Source of the DNA: Eledone cirrhosa
Taxonomy: Eukaryota
NCBI GenBank assembly: GCA_964016885.1
Contig: OZ024743.1
Location: 106,578,001-106,642,000 of the forward strand
Length of the DNA stretch: 64,000 nt
Reading direction: 5' to 3'
Part shown: one piece after another, positions 1-13,254 of the stretch
Position numbering within the stretch: the first letter of the stretch is position 1
How the letters are laid out: each line of letters starts with the position of its first letter
Notes under the pieces: model-generated
Databases searched by the model: none
Told to the model about the DNA's origin: nothing
What the model saw: the letters and a program-made list of their open reading frames with translations, nothing else
Position numbers and translations under genes: made by a program

Positions 1-547
1 GAATTACAATCTTTCTGACTTGACCACTGCCACGCCACAGTTCTTAGCCATTTTGAATTCGTTTCTGGCGGGGATCATTTAAGAAAATCTTCGTCCAAGT
101 GATTTTGGTTCCTGATAATTTCGAAGCTCGTGAATTTATCCTTGATCGGATATTTCCAAAAGCGAATGAAATCCCATGGCGTAGAAACGTAATATTGGTA
201 TGTTTATATACATGTTTTCTTCTAACTTTAATTGTATACCTAATTGTGTATGGTTGACGATATATTTAATCGATTTCCTCGTGCTATTGAAATGCTGGGT
301 AAATATTCTATAGCTGTTGTTCGCAAATAGATGGGTGTCGTTTATTTATCTCTTATTTCTTCATAGGTGCCTTTTAATCTTATATCCTGGTTTAATTGTT
401 TTTTTTATGTAGTTGATTATGCTGATTCGGAGAGGAGATGGTGTATATATCTTATCAAATGATTCTATGGACATACTTTATTGTATATTGCTCTGATTAT
501 TTAGTTAATTAATTCGTCATTGAGCCACATCGTGAATGGTTGCCAAA

Positions 548-639
<92 letters not shown>

Positions 640-1220
640 AGACTTTGTATAGTTTGTGTATATGTAAATATTTATATTTGATAATCTCCGATAAGGTTGA
701 GATGCAATTTAGGCAATATTAGACTGCACTTTCGAGCAACCAGCCCACTCGCCGTAAGGCACCAATCACATTCTTTCTGACTTGACCACTGCCACGTCAA
801 AGTTCTTAGCCATTTTGAATTCGTTTCTGGCGGGGATCATTTAAGAAAAATCTTCGTCTATGTGAGTTTGTTTCCTGATGATTTCGAAGCTCGTGAATTT
901 ATCCTTGATCGGATATTTCCCAAAACGAAACGTAATCTTGGTATGTTTATATACATTTTTTCTTCTAACTTTAATGTTATACCTAATTTTGTATGGTTGA
1001 CGATATATTTAATCGATTTCCACGTGCTATTGAAATGGTGGGTAAATATTCTATAACTGTTGATCGCGAATATATGGCTGTCGTGTATTCATCTATTATT
1101 TCTTCATAGGTGCCTTTTAATCTTATAGCCTGGTTTAATTGTTTTTTTGTGTGGTTCATTATGCTGATTGGGAGAGGAGATGGTGTATATATCTTATCAA
1201 ATGATTCTTTGGACATACTT

Positions 1221-1222
<2 letters not shown>
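1..1222 (-). mobile_element. Tandemly duplicated 3' relic of a Penelope-like element (copies ~11-480 and ~773-1222) with decayed GIY-YIG C-terminus
   Basis: Two ~450-bp direct copies are split by (TA)n 551-638. Minus-strand peptides (KKQLNQAIRLK...TTAIY; HFNSTWKSIKYI...LKLEEKMYIN) resemble a PLE endonuclease C-terminus. An HHR relic (...GCTC-GAAA-GTGCAGTC) lies at ~722-762. Confidence 0.5.
551..638. repeat. (TA)n microsatellite, representative of dozens in the window (e.g. 15655-15898, 25500-25745, 28448-28700, 44985-45100, 56125-56615)
   Basis: Directly visible dinucleotide tracts, often compound with (GA)n or (CA)n. Confidence 0.99.
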
Positions 1223-1260
<38 letters not shown>

Positions 1261-1661
1261 GCATAGGAAACAAACCTAAATATATCTGCTATTAGTTTGT
1301 CTCAGTGTTGTACGGAGGTGTTAGCTTGTAAGCAAATGACTAATTTCCCACATTAACAAAGCGAAAAAATTCAGGTTACAGGCTAATGCAAGAGCAGTGG
1401 TCGACATTTAAATAATTAAAATATTACGAAACAAAGAAAGGAAAGATCAACTGAATTAAGGTAATAATAATCAATAAACTAAAATAAGTGACTAAAATAA
1501 AAAAAAAAATACCAGGTGGGAGTAGAAAAGAAGTTGGATTGTAGCGTAGTCATGTAGTGTACCAAACAAAGGATACGCATTTAGACACATGGGAAAGGAT
1601 AGAGAGACAAAGAGATGAATAGGTAGATAGAGAGATAAATAATTGATTAAATAAATAAATA

Positions 1662-1780
<119 letters not shown>

Positions 1781-2254
1781 GAGGGAGGGTAGAGTAAGAG
1801 AGAGGGGAGTGAGAAATGGATGTAAAGCAATTGAGTGTAAGAATGACATATAGTGGCAGAAAAAGAGTAAATACTAAAGAATGAGAGTTGATAAAGAAGG
1901 TGATAATTAGAAAGCATGAAATGAATGTATTGACAGAGAGTGTGAAACATAATGATCTGATATAGAAAATAAAGGGAGAGAAAGTGAGAAAAGAAGAGAG
2001 AGAGAAAGTGAAAGTGAGTAAAAAGAGAAAATTAGACAGAAAATGATAAAGAGAAAAAGGACAGATTGATAGATGGAAAACGTTGTGAGAAAAGGAGACA
2101 AAAGCGTGAATGGAGGTGGAGGTAACTTTGTGATGGTATTTTTTTTAGTGTAATGTGTCCGACAAATGACATTACAGCTCAGTGACGCTAGCAAGTGATG
2201 TGGGCCCGACTGGAGTACGGGAGCGTTCTCTCGTGTGAGCGGCGTATTCCTAGT

Positions 2255-3570
2255 GGTTACAGTGGAGAACACTTTACCCCCGAGGATAATATGGGGGATG
2301 CGTTTGAATAGCCATTCTAACTCGTGGCGCTGGTATAGCCAACTCCTGGCTAGTAGCGAAAGAACCTCGTCCGGATGCCAGGACTTCTGGAGCTCTCCAC
2401 TGCTCAGGTTCAACCACAAACCTATCGGAGAGAGACCGATATTTCAATAGTTAGTGCTCGACATGTCTAGAAGAACCTGGGTTAGCCACCACAGTAGCAG
2501 CAGGTTCTTGGGTGGAAAGGGATAAATTACACAAAGATCCGTTCTGGAATATGCGTGGCTGACATATACAAAGGCTGCGCGAAAGAATGCAAGAGTATGC
2601 TGATCAAACCGGCGCTCCAGCATATCCGTGGCCATGTCCTTCTAGATGGTGTCTCTTTCGCTTCGAGGCGACGTTCGTCTTCAGAAGGTAGAAAGAAGTA
2701 GATGTCTACAAGGTGGTGGCCGAGCTGGTTCTACATTATGTAGATCACCACACATTCCCCGGTGAAAATTGATTCCGTTGTATTCTGAATGCATTATTGA
2801 TGATGACATAATAGGATGTCACATATGGAAGAATTACAGGCAAAACAAGAGTGATTGGTGAACGGAGCCTGAACACAGCTGTTCTGAACTATAAGGTGGC
2901 CTGTTGCCATTCGTTTTCATGGAACCGGATGACCCATAACTCCACAGCTCTCCGTTGGATAGAGGCATCGAGATCCACGAGGAGGGATGCGTGGATGTAG
3001 TTGAGGGCACTGTGGAAAATGTATGGAAGCTTCCCATTCGGGAATGAATTTCTAAAGAAGAAGGGGGTCGGTTGTGCGCAGATTAGGTTCACTCTGCTAG
3101 TCTTGAGTTGGCACCCGTGAACTTATTGTTGACCGGATGGTAAGTATGAAAATGTGCGAACAGAGGATGAGGACATGTTCATTCTGGATCCCCTGCATCA
3201 GGTTGAGTAATGATCGCACGTCTAAGGTGAAAGTCGTAATTGATATTCCTGACCTCCGACAAGAACGAGTTGATCACGAGAGCGAACTTACTTACGCGAG
3301 AAACATCAGAGATCATGACAGGCATTATGTACGGACTCGGTTATCCTTAGATTAACCAGGTAACAGAGGTTTAAACGAGTCTTGATATTCTGAGAAACGT
3401 TGTCTACTCCCAGAGTGAAAAGGGTAAAGCCCAATGGATCGCCCTTTTGAAAGTAGTTTAAAGATATGACATCATACGCAGTGAAGACATGTAGGCTAAT
3501 GGGTAGGTGTTAGAGGCAAACTTCGAGCAGATGGTTGCGGCGGACAGAAAGATGTTATTTGAAAAATCAT
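2255..3570 (-). pseudogene. Decayed CRE-clade non-LTR retrotransposon (RT C-terminal half plus restriction-like endonuclease region)
   Basis: Minus-strand fragments FQKGDPLGFTLFTLGV..LNLCYL (cf. QQGDPLGP..LNVWYLDD), FFFRNSFPNGKLPYIF, ENEWQQATL (cf. W.QATLP..GGLG) and ELEWLFKRIPHIILGGK (cf. WLFQRISLAI.RGN). Many stops and frameshifts. Confidence 0.75.
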
Positions 3571-3652
3571 ATGTAGATCGGGGATATTAAAACATCGTGA
3601 CAAAAATGGTTGAGAATATGATAATATATTGGAAAAAAATGTAGAGATAGAG

Positions 3653-3800
<148 letters not shown>

Positions 3801-4792
3801 GAGAGATAGTAAGTGAGTGGAATATAAAGATACAAACAACTAATAAAGTAACATATAAAGAAATACTGAAAACAAAAGAGATAGTGGAAACTGGAAATGA
3901 AAGGAAAGAAAAGTTATAGTAAAATTCAAATCTAAAGTGTGCTGAGCTGAATGAATTCCTACGAGTAATGAATTTAATAACTCCAGCCTATGAACTATGA
4001 GGAATGTGTCCGGCTGGTTTCCGGGAATTATTTAAAATATCGACAACATTGACACTTAATTAAAGCACAAATCCATTGATTCATACGATGGGGTTGCTAA
4101 AATCGATAAAATCGAATTAAATCGACAGCAGACGGCTAAATTTCTTAATGGACACGAATTTATTTGCATGTATTTTGTCCTTAATTGATTTAAAATAATA
4201 TTATTTTAGTGACTACTTTTTTATCCATTCATTATTGTCATTGGTTTTGTTATTTTTTTAATTTTTAATGAAGTTTTATTTTTTTTCACACTAAAATGTC
4301 TTTCCAAACATTCCACATAGCACACACAATCTTAAAGCCAAATAGGATAATTTAAGTTGCCAATAAAAACATACACATATACATACGTATATTCACCCTT
4401 CATTCACAGGTACACAGATAAAAACATATATACAGCACACTAACACAAGCGGAAGCATGCACACATTTTTACGAATTCACATATACAATCAATCGTCTAA
4501 AAAGACTGGAAGAAATACGAATAGAATCAGAAAGACAACCTAACATAACCATACTCATAATTCACTTCTCTGAACTCACACAAATATCGGGAAAAAAACT
4601 TTTTAACAAGTAAAACATATAATAAAGTATATTCAACACAAAGTTGAAAATAACATGGCATAAATAAACGAAGCAAAAAAACACAGACTACGAATTAGAA
4701 GAACTTTACAATATCATACTGAGATAGAAACCAAAAAATATGAAAAGTGAATCTAATATATAGCACTATATTATAAATCTGTTTACAGAGAA

Positions 4793-4920
4793 ATGCGGTG
4801 GTTGGTGAATTTGGCAATCGTTAGTACGTTGGATAGAATGTGTGCATTATCCATTATAGCCCTTTGCCTATTAGAGAAAAAAGCACCGAGGTCAACTTAG
4901 ATTCTCATCTTTTCGAGAAT
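4793..4920 (+). mobile_element. Highly decayed copy of the tRNA-derived SINE
   Basis: ggtgaatttggcaatcgttag head and ccgaggtcaacttagattctcatcttttcg resemble the SINE copies at 50.3-53.0 kb. Confidence 0.5.
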
Positions 4921-6332
4921 GGTTCTTTCTTCGAAGAAATCGGTGGTGCTGAGATTGGCTAGAGGGGGGGGGGGGGCTCCAGCATGTATTCAAATTCTCT
5001 AATCACGCCTTGTCATTATGATGCTACCAACCAAGAATTACGGGTTTTTACATAACATACATACACGCATACATTCATACATACATAGATACATACATAC
5101 ATACATACATACATACATACATACATACATACATACATAGGGAACTAAGGTGGTCGTTAGAGTTTTGAAAAATTGTTTCGGGGTTGAGTCCTATTCCTGA
5201 GAATATGTACGATGTGCCGCCATGTGAGAATCGAAATCGCATCTTCGCCTTGGATTTCTGATTTATCTTTTTTTTTACAACCTTCACCACAATTTACTTT
5301 ACAGTAATGTTGTTTTGATAAGATAATTTTCTTAATCGAATATAATAAGGATTTCTATGCTACCATTGATTTTTTTGGAAAAAATATATTTAACAAAATG
5401 TAAATAAAAATGAAGACAATTATATATTTCTGTAAAGGCGGCTAAAAGGATTAAGTTATTTTTTCTATTTTATTTCTAAATTTACCGGAATCAACACCAA
5501 AAACATCCTTCAGCCTAAACAATTATCATCTGTGTATCATTTTAGAATTTTTCTATTCAATTTCCAAGTTTTGCTATCATGTTAGATTATCACCAAAAGA
5601 AAAAAAAAGTTTTTAAAAAACAGCATTTTTTTATTTCTTAATTTTTGGTGAGCAATGCGCGATTTTCTTTCTAAGTTTTATTTCGGTTGTCCCAATACAA
5701 CATGGATCAATGAATAGAATATTGCCATATCTGTTTTAGGCATAATCTGCCCATCATTATAACTACATTACTTCGGTGTAGTTGTTGATATGACGCCCCA
5801 CGTCTAGATTGAGTAAAGCTAACATTAAAAACCCTTACGTGAGTATTCTGTTTTATTCTTGGCATGCAGGAATGTGTTATGGAATGCGATTTTCTATATA
5901 TCTGAAAGAACAAAGAGATTTAAGGCACATATTGCCTCTATTTCTAGAAGATATATCGATTATGGTAGCAGTTTTCCCTAACACTATTTCCAACTGCAAC
6001 ATCTATCACGGATTAAACGGATCGTTGGCCATTCATTTTGTCATTTTGTGATATCAGTTTGTAATCCAGCGCATATTTCTCATATTTCTGAACAAACTAT
6101 TTAATTATTCATTGCATCGTTTTTAATTAGCGTAAAAGATTTGGCTACATTGTTTCTTGTGATATAATATTTGTATCTATTATATTCATTATTATTTTTT
6201 ACAAACCGCGTATAAAATCAACATCAGCTTAATATTACATAAGGTGAATTTTTATCACTGATCACATACGATTAAACATACTTAAAACTAGGCACATGTT
6301 ATACCATGCATACATACAAACGCATTCACACT

Positions 6333-6370
<38 letters not shown>

Positions 6371-7202
6371 CGAAGATATGTAAGGTTAAAATTTGTTTGT
6401 GTGAATCAATGTGCAAACAAGGTAATCAAGGAAAATTGCTTACCAAAGTATTTATCTCGACAGGATTTTTGCAGGTGGTACGGTAACAGTCCAATTTGAG
6501 TGATCAATGTACTGTATCAAAGTGTTTTGAGTAGACAGAGGTAAAAAAATCCTCACTGCAAGATGCACCGACGTCGCCTCGAACTATGAACTCTTTCTGG
6601 TGAAGTGCAGTATCATAGATAATGCAAGCGATTGAATATGACAATAATATGCAATAAGCGCACATAGGGTGATGTTATACAGAAACATTTGTTAAAGAAC
6701 GGACTCTAACTAAATTTGTCTCCTATAACCTCTACTTCAGGCCTAATCATTTGCTTTTCCTAGTACTATAGCTTTAAATTTATATATACTGTATATATAT
6801 ATATATATATGAGTATGAATGAAGTAATTCCGTCGGAAAGGTACAGTAAAAAAAGAGTGCTCTATGTAGGTTACAGAGCTTATTAGTTACGTAATAAACA
6901 TCATAAGATAATTATTTCATTTACCAGTGGTTTCTTGAAAGCAAATAAATATGGTTTCAGTCATCGGAATGAAAAAAACATAGTGTTTTTATTAAATGTG
7001 GATTTGAAAACAAAAATATAAGAAATATATAAGAGAGGCTGAGGAAACAACGAGCGAAGAAGAAAAAAAGAATGATATATATATATAGATGTATACACAC
7101 ACACACACACATATGTACATATGTATACATATATGAGTTTCAGAAGATCCCGTTAAGGGTGAAAGCAGCGATTCTTTGCTTAATCTTTAATCTATTATTT
7201 TG

Positions 7203-7246
<44 letters not shown>

Positions 7247-7591
7247 CATAAATAAATAAACAAACATTCACACACTCGACCACGCGCATATAGTTAAAAC
7301 AATAACGTCTCACATAAGCGTATATGTATCAACCGGCATGGACAAATACATACATATATGTGAAGTAATCAGAATAAATAAATTTATGAATAAGAACAAA
7401 AAATATTCAAAGTCAAAAATAAAAAAATAAAGAATTAAAAAATAGACAGATGAAGCACGTTGACAACGATAATAGAGGGGAGGGTGTGTGTGTCTGTTGG
7501 GGGCAAACGAAATTAAACTGAGGTATGCAATTGCACAAAATAAAATACATACATATATACATATATATATATACACACATGTACATACAAA

Positions 7592-7686
<95 letters not shown>

Positions 7687-8039
7687 AGAAGCAAAAAATT
7701 GCTTATTGTGATCCAGTTTTTGGTTAAGAAAGCCAGTTTCATGGATGGTTTCAAAGTACGGTTAGGGGTAACTCCACAAGTTTGTAAGAATTCCGTTCAA
7801 TCTTGGAGTATAAAGTTTAAAAGAGAAAACACAGGTAAGCATTAAGAGAAGGATTTTATCCAGGTATTTACGACCGTTTCATTGGTAAGTGCAACCTTAT
7901 ATTGCTATACTGCAAATAGGAGCCACTCAATTATAATTGTTGTTCACAGTCCAAATTTTCAAAATAGTAAGTTACTCATGAAATAATTATTAATATATAG
8001 AGAAAAAACATTTATTTGGAATTGTATTTACTAGATGGT

Positions 8040-9150
8040 TGGTGGTCTATTGAGTGAGGGGTGGTGAGAATGTTGGTTCGTGAGAGAGGGAGAATTGTGA
8101 GAGAGAGTGAGGAGAGTGAGGTGTGTAGTGAGATATAGAGAGGAGGAGGGAATTTGGTGATCAAGTGAGAGAGGTGCAATTGTGAGAGAGAGTGAGGTAT
8201 TTAGTGGGATAAACAGAGCGGGGGAGTATATGTTGCTTTCGAGAGAGAGGGGAGTTTATGTGCGTGGAAGAGAGTGAGTTCTATAGTGGAATATGGAGAG
8301 GGGGAGAGAATTTCGTGAGCAAGTGATCGAGGCGGAATTGTGAGATAGTGTGAGGTATATATTGTTATATAGAGAGCGGGAGATAATTTGTTTGTTTAGA
8401 GAGAGAGAGGGGGAATGAAGTGCGTGGAAGTGAGTGAGTTATGTAAAAAAATATAGAAAGGGGAGAGTATTAGGTGTTCTAGTGGGAGAGAGGGATTGTG
8501 CATGAGAGTCGTCTATGTAGTGAGATATAGACAGCGGGATAGTATTTCTTTGTTTAAATGAGGAATTAGGAGAGTAAAGAGTGAGATATGTAGTGGAATA
8601 TAGAGAGAGGAAGAAAAATTTGGTGGGCTAGTGAGAAAGGGGGAATTGTGAGAAAGAGTGAGGTATATAGAGGATACAGAGAAGGTCAGAGAGTTTGGTG
8701 TATAGTGAGACAGGAGTAATTGTGAAAGCGATATAGAGTGAAGGATTGAGGGAAAGATAGTTTGGTGGACTAGTGAGAGAGTGGGAATTACGAAAGTGAT
8801 AGAGAGTGAAATTAGCACTGGTATATAGAAAGGGGAGAAAATTTGGTGATTTAGAGTGAGATGGGGAATTGTGAGAGTGAGAATATAGAGGGTAGCAGAG
8901 AGTTTGGTGGTGTAGTGAGAGAGAGTGAATTGTGAGAATGATAGATTGAGGTATGTAGTGGTATATAGAGAGGGGGAGAAATTTTGTAGGTTAGTGAGAG
9001 AAGGGGAATTGGGAGAGTGAGATATTGAGGTATGTAGTCGCATATATAGAGGGAAGAGAGTTCGTTGGTTTAGTGAGAGAGGGATAATGTTGGTTTGGAG
9101 ATAGAGAGAGAGTGTGTGGCATGTAGTGGTATGTAGAAAAGGTGAAAAAG
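8040..9150. repeat. Degenerate GA/GT-rich tandem repeat (~60-bp units), next to a PLE-like terminal segment 7690-8030
   Basis: Recurring gaattgtgaga(g)agagtgaggtat...gtagtg...atatagagagggg...aatttggtg. Minus-strand HHR half-site GAAACGGTCGTA at ~7869-7880. Confidence 0.8.
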
Positions 9151-9606
9151 GTATGTTTTAATATAATCATTCCCAGTAAAGAAACTGTGTATGTGAGTGT
9201 GTGTGTATATTTATAGATATTTTAGTTTGTATGTGTATATATATGTGTGTGTGTGTTTATTTATATATATATATGTGTGTGTGTATGTGTTTATTTATAT
9301 GTACGTGCTTGTGTTATTGTATGTGTGTGCGTGTATATATATATCCGAGCTTGTGTTTGTATATATATAAATATATGTATGTCTGTGTGTGTGTTTATAT
9401 GTGTGTTTACGTGTATGGATGCGCATGGTTACGGTATAGGGCTCTCGTGTCTGTGGAATGCTCAGCCACTTGTCAGTTAATTTCACGAGTAGGCTGTCCC
9501 ATTCATAGTGTCAACTGGAACACTCGTCGTCGTAATCGACGGAGTGACTCCATTTATATGTGTGTTTATATATAGTATATATATATACATATATATACAT
9601 ATATAT

Positions 9607-9668
<62 letters not shown>

Positions 9669-10192
9669 TATTTACGTATCGAGAGAGAGAGAAAAAAAAG
9701 GGGAGGATAGGTGATACATATAGTTATTTGCCAAGTTGCGTATGCCAAAGGTGCTCGATACTACTGCCGGCAGTATTAAATATTCGAAGTCTTAATATTT
9801 AGTGGGTTAGAGAATTAGCAGAGAATTAATAGGAGGCTGGACTGGTGTTAATCCTTGAAAGGTTTATTATACTATAATCATTTCAATGACCGGGTTCAGT
9901 ATGAATCCGGTGACATCAACAGATATTCAAAATATAACAAAGGAATATAACAGATAAAATCCATGGGCCTGAAAATCAGAGGCAAAAGGACGACCGACCA
10001 TTTAGCAGCTTGGTCAATCATCCTTTTATTTTATAATACTTAACTCCGTACTCGCACCACAAACTACACAAACGAAGACGGGTGAGTTACATTTCGTTGA
10101 GTGCTCTCCATAATATTACATCGAGGTTGATCATACAGAATGACCAGTGGTGAACCAACAAACCTAAACACATATATATATATATATATATA

Positions 10193-10279
<87 letters not shown>

Positions 10280-10299
10280 ATGTGTTTTTGTGTGTGTGT

Positions 10300-10645
10300 G
10301 TGTAAATGATAAACAGAAATAACAACACAATCGGTACAGTATATGGAAGGACTATATTAGATTAACGCTTGAAATATCAGGAAGAGGGTCTTAACATTTC
10401 TGACGCTAATGCTTCATCAGAAGAATGAGAAATAAAATAGATTGAAGGGACAGGTGGGTTGGAATTGGAAAAAATGCCTTTAGATAAAAATAACAGGTCC
10501 ATTCATGTTGACATCTCTTGGAAAACTGTTGATGCTGGCATTTTGTGTATGATTTTTTTTTGTTTAAGTGGATGATGGAGCGCGTCTATCTGAAATGGAA
10601 AAGAAACCGTTTGCCAAAGGAGCTATACTTGTGCGCGTACCTATG

Positions 10646-10725
<80 letters not shown>

Positions 10726-11088
10726 CGTGCCAATATACGTCCGTAAGAATCTAAAAAGAAGTGTGTGTGTATATGTAAGTAAAAGAGTGTGTGTGTATTT
10801 ACGAAGCTATGAGCAACAGTATATTAATATAAGGGTGTGTATGTGTTTATACAGAGGTGTGATGGGAAAAATGTAGTGTGCATATTTTGTCAGTCTGTAT
10901 TAGTTGTAACAGAATATGTCTCTGACCATAGGAATCTAGGGGTCAATGTACAAGCGCGTGTGTGATAATGGACGGGGTATTAAATAAATTGGGGAGGTGA
11001 GTTGAGTCCATAGGGAAACTAGGACTCAATGCGGTAAATCAGTCCCTGTTCAGTTCTGATGCGCGAGGCCTGTAAAAGACACCCAGGA

Positions 11089-11090
<2 letters not shown>
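10300..11090 (-). mobile_element. 3' end(s) of a Neptune-like PLE: endonuclease tail, simple-repeat UTR and pseudo-LTR with HHR
   Basis: Minus peptide SRIRTEQGLIYRIES*FPYGLNSP parallels HRLTVEQRTIFILQTHTPPGLNSP at 41.4 kb. CTGATGA-AGCATTAGCGTCA-GAAA at 10398-10420. 10300-10540 is homologous to 12742-12857 and 19755-20225. Confidence 0.65.
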
Positions 11091-11161
<71 letters not shown>

Positions 11162-11219
11162 TGAAATGTGTTGTATATTTAACATGCACCACTTTACATG
11201 ACATTCATATTTAAAATAT

Positions 11220-11300
11220 TCCGTCCCTTTTCCTTCTGAGCTCAAATCCGACAAGCAACAACTTTACCTTTCACATTCGGGGCTCGATAAAATAAAGTTC
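11220..11300 (+). mobile_element. tRNA-SINE fragment
   Basis: ctgagctcaaatcc...aactttacctttcacattcggggctcgataaaataaagt matches the SINE B-box and core. Confidence 0.75.
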
Positions 11301-12741
11301 GAATCATATAATTGGCTCCACTTTCACTCTGACAATACTGATATGCGACTGTATTATTGTTTAAAGGCATCATGGTAAATATATGCTGAATAAAATATAA
11401 TTGAATTATTTTCATAGAAATGTTATATGTAGCAGCAATATACTTAGACGTCTTTTAAAATGCTCGTTGTGTCGTACACCTTATGAATCGTTTTTTGTAA
11501 TTTTTTTTTTTTTTTTTGTAACTTAATACACTACATAATCTACGTAAATTCAGTTAATAACATGCCTAACTATAACAAAAAAAAAACATAAACTGGGTAG
11601 CATAATGTAGACTCTACTAAAAGTACAATAGTTGTAGATAATTAACTATATGTCAGGCTTACAATTTGAAATTCTGTGGCATTTGAAACAATTATTTTGT
11701 TTGACACTCTTTTCTAGATTTTCTTACTGGTTTGTCATGATAGAAAATAGGTTCCGCTCAATTGCTTTCTACTCCACAACCACGTTTGCAAAGCCACTTT
11801 GTTTTGGAAGGTGTTATGACTTGACTAGCTGTTTCGAAGCGTGAAATTGCACGAATGTCTTTCCAGCGATGACATGAATTAGTACTTCACTAAACTGATA
11901 GTTTTTAGCAAAATATATTGTTATAATGATTAATATATTAACAATACAATCGTATAATTATACAGATAGAAGCATGAAAATACTTTTGATAACCGTTCTA
12001 ATAATTCACTCCCCCAAGGTTACAGAAATAAGAATTTTAAATAACTACATATTTAAAAAACACAATTTGAAATGACATGCCATGAATAAATGACGTATTA
12101 GAAGAAATAGCTATATTATGCTTCAATAGAAGGGCAAAATGTGAAAAGTGAATATAGTAGAATAGAATAAGTTTGTACTGAAAGGTCCATGGTAATTCGT
12201 TGAACATGAAATCAACTGCATGACAGTATGAAGAACTCCCGAACAATTTTGTGGCGAGCAGCTGTTCTTTGTGTCCTATGTGTATTTTCACTGACATCCG
12301 TTAACAGAATCTTAGAGGTGAAAGCTCCTCATATCGGAGGATATTTATGTGTATATACTTAATCACCAAGAGAGTAGATAGTAGCAATACTGACAGCAAT
12401 ATTAGACTATACTGAACTTCTGATACACCATATCCCATATTGAAGAATTGTGACCTTACTGTAGTAGAAATTCGATAGTATAAATCCCACAAATGTAGAT
12501 ATATACAGAGAGCTATTAGTAAACATGTTGCAGTTTCTGCGACTCAGAGGCAACATAACCTAATGAATGTTTTACATGACCATAAAGTTTAGCTTATATA
12601 TATATATATTTGTAAATATGCACTTCTATATGAATGTATGTATCGGTGTGCATAAATGCATATGTATATGTATAAATGTATGTATGTGTATATATGTATA
12701 TATATATATATAGAGAGAGAGATATAGATATAGATATATGT

Positions 12742-12948
12742 ATGAAAAGGTAAACAGAAATAACAACACAATCGGTACAGTGAATGGAAGGTATATATTA
12801 GGTTAACGCTTGATATAGGAGGAAGAGGGTCTTAACTTTTCGGGCGCTAGTCCTTCAGACCCTCTTCCTGCTATATAAAGCGTTAAACTAATATATCCCT
12901 TCCATAGACTGTATCGATTGTGTTGTTATTTCTGTTTATCTTTTACAT
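12742..12948. repeat. Head-to-head fold-back of a PLE pseudo-LTR (~90-bp arms)
   Basis: aaacagaaataacaacacaatcggtacag...ggaagagggtct versus agaccctcttcc...ctgtatcgattgtgttgttatttctgttt. Confidence 0.9.
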
Positions 12949-13098
12949 GCGTACATATATATATATATATATATCAACGCTTACGTGGACCTCTCAAAAT
13001 TCGTTGGATTCTCTAATTGGATCTTCACCCGGAAACTGGATACCAGCCCGGAGTTCACCTGAACTTCCACCAGGAAATATTTTCTTTGCTATATATAT

Positions 13099-13198
<100 letters not shown>

Positions 13199-13208
13199 GG
13201 GGGGGGGG

Positions 13209-13241
<33 letters not shown>

Positions 13242-13254
13242 AGAATCATCAACC

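Noticed and set aside
875-900. Isolated CTGATGA (also at 7039, 14164 and 54247)
   Set aside because: No convincing stem II-GAAA-stem I arrangement, so not counted as HHRs.
5140-5700. Possible DNA transposon/MITE relic
   Set aside because: No matching TIR pair or TSD identified.
8513-9043. 176-aa Leu/Ser/Thr-rich ORF
   Set aside because: Translation of the GA-rich degenerate tandem repeat.
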